This document shows positions 47,715 through 55,600 of a DNA stretch of 64,000 nt, piece after piece. A program made the translations under genes and the position numbers. Each line of letters opens with the position of its first letter. Within the stretch, counting starts at the first letter, position 1. The notes under the pieces were generated by a model. It was not told the origin of the DNA, did not search any database, and worked only from the letters and a program-made list of their open reading frames with translations. This stretch comes from a virus (taxonomy: Duplodnaviria > Caudoviricetes): positions 1 through 64,000 of IMG/VR virus record IMGVR_UViG_3300020011_000226. One strand, written 5' to 3'.

Positions 47715-47797
47715 GGAAAGAGAGTAGGATAGGACTGCCAATGCAGGAATGTGCTATATAATAAATATTAATGTTTAACGTTTAAATTAATAGAGGT

Positions 47798-47932
47798 ATG
47801 ACATGTAAAGTGAACAAACTGGCTTCAGGTGGTAGAAAAGTGGGAAGAGTAAAGCCTACTATTGCTAAGGCTGGAGCTACTAAAAACAGAGCAAGAAGGT
47901 ATGGATGTGGTGGAAAACTCAAAACTAAGTAG
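47798..47932 (+). CDS. 44 aa very basic peptide (not in ORF track)
   Basis: Manual translation MTCKVNKLASGGRKVGRVKPTIAKAGATKNRARRYGCGGKLKTK*; shares an AT-rich leader with the MCP gene. Confidence 0.6.
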   Translation: MTCKVNKLASGGRKVGRVKPTIAKAGATKNRARRYGCGGKLKTK

Positions 47933-48293
47933 CTACCATTGGAGTAAGCTGTTCGTAGGCTACCTAAGGATACTTCCTATGCTTATAGCAGGACTGTATA
48001 TTTTAAATACGGCCCTGTCTTACTTTGACATAGATTGGCCTGTTATTTCTTATGTAGCCAATTTCTTCTTATGGCTGTTTGTGATGATTGCTTCATATAG
48101 GCTTCATTTCTGTGAGTATCATAGGATGTTTCTATGGTACATATTTACTAATAACATTATCTGCATCACAGATACAGAAATTGGTTTGCCTATATCTAAT
48201 TGGAACTACTTTGTGCTGCATGTCATCATAGCAGGGATATTCCTTTTCTTGGTATTATACTTCCACCAGAAGTGCAGGAAGAAGCCAGAGTAG
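47901..48293 (+). CDS. Multi-pass membrane protein
   Basis: About 4 hydrophobic helices, FCEYHRM motif; ATG 47901 preferred over the track start at 47862. Confidence 0.6.
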   Translation: MDVVENSKLSSYHWSKLFVGYLRILPMLIAGLYILNTALSYFDIDWPVISYVANFFLWLFVMIASYRLHFCEYHRMFLWYIFTNNIICITDTEIGLPISNWNYFVLHVIIAGIFLFLVLYFHQKCRKKPE

Positions 48294-48447
48294 TGGAGAC
48301 CAGATAAACAAGAATACAGTTTTTTCTGTTACTGTATAATTTTGCCAGTCTTCGATGACTATAAGACACAGGAAAGAAAGAAGAGGAAGCATCTCCTTCA
48401 TGGGTATTGCCTCATCTTCATTTATTCTGGCCAGCTCTTCAATGGTG

Positions 48448-49290
48448 TCAAGCTGTTGCTGAGAGATTGTACCTTCTGTCATAGAGCTGTTCAAACTGTT
48501 CCTTATTATCAGATATTGACATTATCGCAGTAACTTCACTGATAATTCTTCTGAGGTCTTGCCTGCCAACACTTTCAGTTAGATTTCTGTGGAGCTGGTA
48601 CTTCCAGTTGCCACTGTCATTCTTACCAGTCTTCTCCTTCATGGCTTGAAATACCCCGTCAGGAAGCCTGTCATAGATAAGGTGGGCTGTCAGATAGCCT
48701 ACTCTCAGAGGCTTGGAATGGCCTTCTCTAGGCTGAATATTGTATATGCGGTACAATTCCCTGTAGAATTCATCGCTGAATGTCAGCTGCCATTTGGCTA
48801 CCTCATCGGAAATATACGCTGATAGAATCTTCTGAAGTTCCCCCTTGTCCCTATCCTCCTGATAGCCTGTGGCTTCATCAATGAGTGCTACCAGTCCAAG
48901 CTTGGCAAAAGATCGCATCAATATCTCACACTGGTCTGCCACCAATTGTTGTTTTGGTTTCAGCGTAAAATTCTTCCTGATTTCCAGCATAGCATCACAG
49001 ATGTCCGTCAGGGCTTCTGCCTTGTAGCAATATACTTTTCTGTCTCCTTGCCAGCATACTATAGGAACCAATGCTCCTGATGGAATTTGTGTGGCGGCAT
49101 TGCCCAGTGCCTTTTGCTTGAAGAACTGGTTGATCTTGGTTCCAGCCCTGTTACCTTTGGTAATCTTTAGGGCCTCCTGCATTTTACTTCCTGAGAGAAG
49201 TCTTGTACCATCTTCTGTTACATAACATGGAATGACATTACCTGCCAGATTGAGTTCGCCACTGTTTTTAATTCGATTGAAATTTTCCAT
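48448..49290 (-). CDS. P63C-domain protein (phage regulator / antirepressor-like)
   Basis: IPCYVTEDGTRLLS...LGLVALIDEATGYQ..R...LQKIL..YI...WQLTFSDEFY signature. Confidence 0.8.
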   Translation of the reverse strand: MENFNRIKNSGELNLAGNVIPCYVTEDGTRLLSGSKMQEALKITKGNRAGTKINQFFKQKALGNAATQIPSGALVPIVCWQGDRKVYCYKAEALTDICDAMLEIRKNFTLKPKQQLVADQCEILMRSFAKLGLVALIDEATGYQEDRDKGELQKILSAYISDEVAKWQLTFSDEFYRELYRIYNIQPREGHSKPLRVGYLTAHLIYDRLPDGVFQAMKEKTGKNDSGNWKYQLHRNLTESVGRQDLRRIISEVTAIMSISDNKEQFEQLYDRRYNLSATA

Positions 49291-49485
49291 AATTTTAAAT
49301 GTTTAATTATTGAGTTATGTAAAAAATGTCGCATGCCTAACTATCAGAGGTTTAGATAGTTACGTTGGAATTTATAGTAAAAATACCTCAAAAACACCCT
49401 AAAACTGGTAATTTTTGTCGCACATTTGCTAACTGATTGATTACCAGATATTTATATAAAAAGTAAAAGAGGCTACATAGCCTCC

Positions 49486-50061
49486 CTATTTCTTCATCTT
49501 TTTCCTTCTGCCCTTTGTTGTTATTTGGTTGTAGTATTGTTCTTCTAGCTCATTAGTCCATGTTGAAGGAGATTTCTTTTTAGTCTTTGGTTTGGGTTTT
49601 GGTAATTCTTTCTTCCTCTTTTTATATTCACTTCTGGCCATCTTGTCACAGATTTCATTCCAGACATTTCCATCATGACCCTTAACCCACTCAAAACTGA
49701 CTTGAATGTTCTTGGTGTTACATATGTCCCAGTACCTTCTTATTTGGTCAAGGTTCTCAGTTGCTGTCCATCTTCCCGTAAGTACATTAATGCTATACTG
49801 GGAGTCCGAATAGATTCTAACAGATGAGTCCTGAGGAAGAGAGTTTACTATACTCATGATTGCCAACAATTCCATTCTGTTATTGGAAGTTCCAACAAAG
49901 CCTTTAGAAGCTCTTTTCACTTCTTGGTTATTGGAGTCAAAGATAATATAAGCTGCTCCTCCTGGTCTTTGGGGATTGAGGTTGTCACAGCTTCCATCAG
50001 AGAAAGCTATGAACTTTTGGGTTTCTTTCATAGGTTGTTTTTGGGTTTTACTTTTTACCAT
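49486..50061 (-). CDS. rnhA: Ribonuclease HI
   Basis: FSDGSC, GGAAY, SNNRMELLA, YSDSQY, N.D, WVKGH.G..WNEICD.MA motifs. Confidence 0.9.
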   Translation of the reverse strand: MVKSKTQKQPMKETQKFIAFSDGSCDNLNPQRPGGAAYIIFDSNNQEVKRASKGFVGTSNNRMELLAIMSIVNSLPQDSSVRIYSDSQYSINVLTGRWTATENLDQIRRYWDICNTKNIQVSFEWVKGHDGNVWNEICDKMARSEYKKRKKELPKPKPKTKKKSPSTWTNELEEQYYNQITTKGRRKKMKK

Positions 50062-50076
50062 TTAAATCATACCATG

Positions 50077-50823
50077 TTAGTATGAGATAGCCTGAGAGAT
50101 AGAAGATGAGAGGGTGTAGGTGTTTGGATGTACTATACAGAGCTTGTGGTTAGTGGTAAATGTGAAGCCTGGGATGTCCCTGTGATTGACATGGGGAGCA
50201 TAGAACCATTCAAAATGCTGTTCTTTTTCTACCCAAGCTTTAGTTACTGCAAATTCTACCACCCGTTGCACTGTTCTGATACAGCACCCAACCTCTTTTG
50301 CTATCTTCTCCAAACTTAATCCCAGCTCTTTATACTGTTGATCTGCACTTTTCAGTCTACCCTGTTCAACTAAATCCTTCACTTTCCGTCGCACAGTCCT
50401 AAACTCCTTGGGAGAATTTGGATTGTGTCTGGCCTGAAGCAAGTGTTTTAGGTAATCTTTATTGTGCTGTATTCTCATGAATATAAATGACTGTACTGAC
50501 CTGTACGCTGAGAAAAATGTACTGAAATCCATCTCATCTATTCTGATATTCCGATTAGTAGTATGAGATGATACCTTATTAATAATAAGCACTCTGTCCT
50601 TAGGTGCTCCCTCAAAGTGGGCGAACCCATATTTCAGCAGCCAGTCCTCATATCTCTGAGCTGTCTTGTGTGATATTCCAGTTATCTGACACAGTTTGTT
50701 TGTACTGTAGTGATGAATCCTTGAGGATTTCAGTTTGTCTTTTAGCATGAGAGTCAGCGCAAGGCACTTTTGAAGCACCCTGTCCTGCCTAATCTGCGTT
50801 ATATACCTTCTCCTCAAATTCAT
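50077..50823 (-). CDS. Double-HTH basic protein, putative replication initiator (Rep-like)
   Basis: Two HTH-like segments (STNKLCQITGISHKTAQRY; SLEKIAKEVGCCIRTVQR) and C-terminal PNTY; function is inferred. Confidence 0.5.
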   Translation of the reverse strand: MNLRRRYITQIRQDRVLQKCLALTLMLKDKLKSSRIHHYSTNKLCQITGISHKTAQRYEDWLLKYGFAHFEGAPKDRVLIINKVSSHTTNRNIRIDEMDFSTFFSAYRSVQSFIFMRIQHNKDYLKHLLQARHNPNSPKEFRTVRRKVKDLVEQGRLKSADQQYKELGLSLEKIAKEVGCCIRTVQRVVEFAVTKAWVEKEQHFEWFYAPHVNHRDIPGFTFTTNHKLCIVHPNTYTLSSSISQAISY

Positions 50824-50874
50824 AGTACAAAATGTTATCCTGATAATTGTTATCCTGTCAAAAGTACTGGCAAT

Positions 50875-51046
50875 AAAAAGCCAGTAGAGGGAAAAATCCC
50901 TGTAACCATATTGTGAGACTGGGCTACAGGGCTATCCTTCTACTGGACTATATTGTTGGAATTTCTTCCTTCAACTTCTATGTCTGTGCAATCAGTCTCA
51001 CCTGGATTACTGATGCAAAGGTACACATTTATATCTAATTGACAAA
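50875..51046 (-). promoter_or_regulatory. Leftward promoter plus structured leader with terminator (attenuator-like) ahead of the Rep-like gene
   Basis: -33 TTTG 51046-51043 and -7 TACCTTTG 51023-51016; long stem 50881-50946 plus U-run; loop 9-mer complementary to leader 50993-51001. Confidence 0.65.
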
Positions 51047-51134
51047 CAAAATTTTGGAATATTTTGCTCGAGGAAAAGTTAAAGTTTGTTTATATATTGA
51101 TAACTGTTTTGTTTTCAAAAAGTTATGGTTTTTC

Positions 51135-51382
51135 TTTGGTAGACTGAAAAGTTTTCAATACCTTTGCAGGTGAATTGGAAAGCGTTTAGCTCTATCCTGC
51201 ATTGATGAATCTGGACAATCCATCTACTTGCACAGGGTATTGAGGGACGCTCTCCTCTTGGTAGGACTATACTTTGGTATAAGAATATCAGGAGAGTGAG
51301 CTATACTTTTACCTGAAAGCAAGTGGCAGTCCAGAGCCAAATCAATGGCAGGTAAAAGCGGAAAAAGACTCACTCTCTTTTT
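51135..51382 (+). promoter_or_regulatory. Rightward promoter plus structured leader with terminator and alternative pairing
   Basis: -33 TTTG 51135-51138 and -7 TACCTTTG 51159-51166; stems GAGAGTGAG/CTCACTCTC and CTTTTACCTG/CAGGTAAAAG plus T5; 51196-51239 complementary to 51310-51352. Confidence 0.65.
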
Positions 51383-51424
51383 GTGTGTCTATGCTTCCTG
51401 AAGTAATAACTAAAAACTAAAACA

Positions 51425-52252
51425 ATGAAAACAATTAAAGAATGGGCCGAGTACTATAAGTGTAAAGGAATATGGGTATTCCCATTTAATCAAAGTAGTT
51501 TCAGTTGGAATGATTGGCGGGGCAAATCACAGGAAACGTATCAAAAGGAGTTTGATTCCTACAATTGGAAAGATGCCGAAAAGTTGTTAATGGTAGCTGG
51601 GGGTACTAAAAGAAAGGCTGTATTTGTCATTAACAACCTGAAAGACAAGAATATAAACTATGTCTATCGGCTTCTAAAGGCCGCATTATCTGAACTTGGA
51701 TTACCTTCTGGCTATCCTTGGGTTGTTTGGGATAAAAGTATTTTAGGCATTATTGTAGACATATTCCCCGATGTTCAAGGAAAAGCTTTTGAGATTCATG
51801 CCAAAAGAGTGTCTATCATCTGGGAGAAATCTTTTACTGTACCATCCCCTAACTCTAAAATAGATTTCTGGAGTGGCCGTAGGCCTGAAACTAGACCAGA
51901 GCAGGTTGATAGTGGCAGACTAATAGAGGTTGCTAAGAGTTTTCACGAAAAGTATATTGAAGCGAAAGTACATAAGAAAGAAAACATGGCAGAAGTTTCT
52001 GACAAGATAAATAAAGGAGGTGAGTCGTATTTTGAGAAGACTTCATACTGGTATCTAAATAAACTCTTAGGCTTGGTTGGTTTAATAGGGATAATATGCT
52101 ACCTATTCTCCTATTACTATGGCATGACAGATATATTTAACATGGCAACTGTAGGATATTTTATAGGTCTAATACTTATAGTTGTCTTTGTAGTTATGGG
52201 AATAATAAAGATGGTAAGAGGCATAATCAACAAAAAGAATGGTCATATTTAA
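51425..52252 (+). CDS. Degenerate Prim-Pol-like N-terminal domain fused to two C-terminal TM helices
   Basis: AEYY..KGIWVFP....W.DW...MVAG pattern; two hydrophobic helices at the C-terminus. Confidence 0.5.
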   Translation: MKTIKEWAEYYKCKGIWVFPFNQSSFSWNDWRGKSQETYQKEFDSYNWKDAEKLLMVAGGTKRKAVFVINNLKDKNINYVYRLLKAALSELGLPSGYPWVVWDKSILGIIVDIFPDVQGKAFEIHAKRVSIIWEKSFTVPSPNSKIDFWSGRRPETRPEQVDSGRLIEVAKSFHEKYIEAKVHKKENMAEVSDKINKGGESYFEKTSYWYLNKLLGLVGLIGIICYLFSYYYGMTDIFNMATVGYFIGLILIVVFVVMGIIKMVRGIINKKNGHI

Positions 52253-52574
52253 AGAATTACGTAGGTACGAAAAGCGTATAGAAGAAAAGAATAAAAATCG
52301 TAATTGGAGTAATAGAGATTATTTTGCCCGCCAAGAATTGTCAGAAGAAGAGAAAAGCAGATATGTAGAAAGACAGAGCAATATATCTGTTCCTAAAAAA
52401 TCAACAGCAATACAATTACTGTGGCAGAACATGTTATACACAGTAGGGTGCATGGGGCAAGTTGCATTTGTTCTTACTTCCATCGTTTTAATTGTATTGG
52501 TAGGTAGTTATCTGACAAAAGGATGTAGTTCTTATACTGATACTGACCATGTCCATTTTGAAAGATACAAGTAG
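52239..52574 (+). CDS. Single-pass membrane protein
   Basis: Charged N-terminus, TM helix near the C-terminus; overlaps the previous gene. Confidence 0.6.
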   Translation: MVIFKELRRYEKRIEEKNKNRNWSNRDYFARQELSEEEKSRYVERQSNISVPKKSTAIQLLWQNMLYTVGCMGQVAFVLTSIVLIVLVGSYLTKGCSSYTDTDHVHFERYK

Positions 52575-52605
52575 AAAAAAGGGAGAAGGTTTAGTACCCT
52601 CTCCC
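52575..52605 (-). terminator. Intrinsic terminator of the RNAP/cargo operon
   Basis: GGGAGAAGGT/ACCCTCTCCC stem with A6 on its left (U-run on the minus strand). Confidence 0.65.
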
Positions 52606-52661
52606 TCAACAAACAACAACACTTGCAGGTTATCAAGACAGCAAAACTGCCTTGCACAATA

Positions 52662-55600
52662 TTATTTACCTCTAATTCTCCTGCCATACTCAAAGCCTGA
52701 AGCAGCATCATAAGGATGAGTGAAAGTGTACCATGACCTAAGATAAGGACATAGCCTCATGAACTGGACTTTCCATTTTGGATCACCCTCTTCATACTTA
52801 CCTTCCTTGGACTGCTGATAGTAAAGGTCAGCATTGCTTAAATCTGGATTACCTCCAATAGCATCAATTTGAGTGTCTACAAACAGCTTGGCAATATCCC
52901 AGATGGCTTTAGCTCCAGAGAGTCCTACAGGCACATAGTCAAGCAGAGAAGAAGCCTCATTCCACATACCTCTTGGAGTGTTGAAAGCTTCCTGCTCTCT
53001 ATCCCACCTGTTAGTGAAATAGTAGATAATACCAGCAAGAAGGTTACCAGAAGTATCATTACCAGCATCCCCATCCTCATCTTTGTCACCAAGACCAAAG
53101 TGTCTTCCTGGGGCAGACAGGAATTTCATCAGCATCAGAGCCTGAATAATTAGGAAGTCTGCACCAGTTCTACGCATATTATAGTACTGGTTCTCAGAGA
53201 ATCCTGCCTTCAGCATATCAGCTTTCAGCTTCTCTCCATAGTTCTTATTGAAGAGCATAGGGGGAATAGCTGCCAGCATAAAGGCTTCACCCACAGCTTT
53301 CCAGTTATCCATGTTGTTAATATCATAGAAGGCAGACATCAAGACTTTAAATGCTGTATCATAGTTTCCTTCCACTACCTTGCCCTGAGGAACATTAAAC
53401 TTACTGCCAGCATATCTTCGGTTAATCATACCTAAGGCATACCCACGCATGGATGTTACAAGGCTACCATAGAAGTTCTGTTGGAAAGTAACTTTGTCTT
53501 CTGAGTTATAGATACCATGCAGTCTGTTACAGATATTACGGCATTTATCCATAAACTCTGACTCATCATCGGCATTAAACACATACTCTCCAGATTTTAG
53601 CTGCAAGGCACTCTTCAAAGTCTCCAACTGCTTGACTGTCGTAGGAACAGCAAAACCTTCATCAGCCAAGCACTCTCTTTCTGCATCAGAGAACATATTA
53701 AGAGCTACAGGATTACTTCCTCTTGCACCAGGGTTATTCAGATAGAATCTCTCAACTCTTTCCAGCATACCTTGTACAGTATCATACTTATCTATGTCAG
53801 CGGCATTGCGGAAGATGCCATCCTTCAGCTTTAGTTTTTTGGGTGTCCTGCCTAACATATCTCCAGAAGCATTGTCTATTGCAAACACCTCATCACCATC
53901 CACTATCTCATAGGCATCAATCAGTTTCATGGAATTACCTTCATGGTCATATACCCTCATCTTATTGCCCATTGCATAGTAAGGGATAGTTTGCATATAG
54001 TGATCTCCACTTGAATAAGGAAGCATCATGGTATGGGAGAACCAACTCCATAGTCTGTTGTCCAAGACACTCATAGCTTTGGTGTCATACTTCTGGTCAT
54101 GCAGGAAGCTCCTATTTTCACTAAGGATGTTCCAGTGCCTGATCCATAAAGAGTTTTTGTCATCTGGTCTTTGTACATTGGCAAGGCTTAATCCCATTGT
54201 CTTCATAAGGCCATCAAAATACATCTGATGGGCAACATTCACATCAGCCATAGAGAAGTTCTCCCCTGCTACTGCCTCCTTGAATATCTCAAACATACCA
54301 GTGCCAGTATTGACAATTCCACCGTGGAGATTGCCGTAAAGTAAAATTCTACCACCAATAGAGGAAAGATTATTGGCAAGCTTTCTCCACATGCCTTTTC
54401 TGTCCCAAGAAGGAGGGTCTACATTAATACCATATATTTGCTTCTCCAAGAATTTGACATACCTACTGTAGGCTCTCGACTCTTCTTCTCTATTAGCCTC
54501 AATCTTATTACCCACCTTACGCTGCTTCAACACATCTCTTCCTAACTCAAAGATGTCTACTACCTGCTCCATAGCTTTATAGGTTGCAGCCATAGAGCCA
54601 TAGGAAAGCATAGTACCAAAGAGGTCAGTAGACAAATCCTCCATGTTTTTCAGCTTATTGATGCCATAAAGAGGAAGCCTGTTTACCTTCTCCCTCTCAA
54701 AGAACATAGGATTCTCCAGAGGGTCTTCCGTAATCTCATTGAACTCATTGTTAGAACCAAAGAGATAGGCTTCATCAGGACGTACTGCCCAGAAGTCTTG
54801 GGCTTTCCTTCTCATAGCATGACCAAAAGCAGGTAAGCTATTGCCCATTTGTGCTCTCAGATTCCTAAACCTATGTGAGAACCTGCCAGTCATTTGAGGT
54901 GCTCTCCAACGTACAGTAGCATTCTGAGGAAGCAGGCTGTCCATTTCATCCTTTAATTCCATAAAGGCATTATACCATTTAAGCCTTTTAGTCCTCTCAG
55001 CTACTTCTTGAGCAGTTAGGCTAGGATTGGTAGTGTCAAACAAGGCATCCCATTGGCTATTATGATACTTTACGTGGTTAGGAACCATTCTCTTCTTTCC
55101 TAAGGCAGACTTATCCTCTTCAGAGTTTTCTTCATGCCACCTCTGCCATTGAGGATCTACAAAGTTATGATAGAAGATAGCTCTCTGTTGGTCAGTTAGG
55201 CTAAAGGTGTACCCAAGAACTCCTTTGTTGGCCTCATAGGCTTTTCTTTTCAGTTCAGCAAGATACTCATTGAAATCTCTTTTTAGCTGTTGAGCAAACT
55301 CATGGCGAGCCTTCTCCCATTCTCCATAGTTTACTCGAGACACAAGGTTGCCTGTCTTAGTTCTATGACCTTCAGTATCTACTGTTTCTTCAAAGAGCAT
55401 GGTACAATCAGTACTGCCAAAAGCCTCCTGCATCTGAAGCCTTAAAGCTTCTACCTGATCCCAGAACCTTGAAGCAATTCTGTCAGCCTGCATATTAGCA
55501 TTCTTAGTTACTTTATTGCCTACTGCTGTTACAAAGTCTCCACAGTCAGCAGCTGAACTAAGATACCTGTCAAGCCATGATATATCCTCATCCATAGAGT

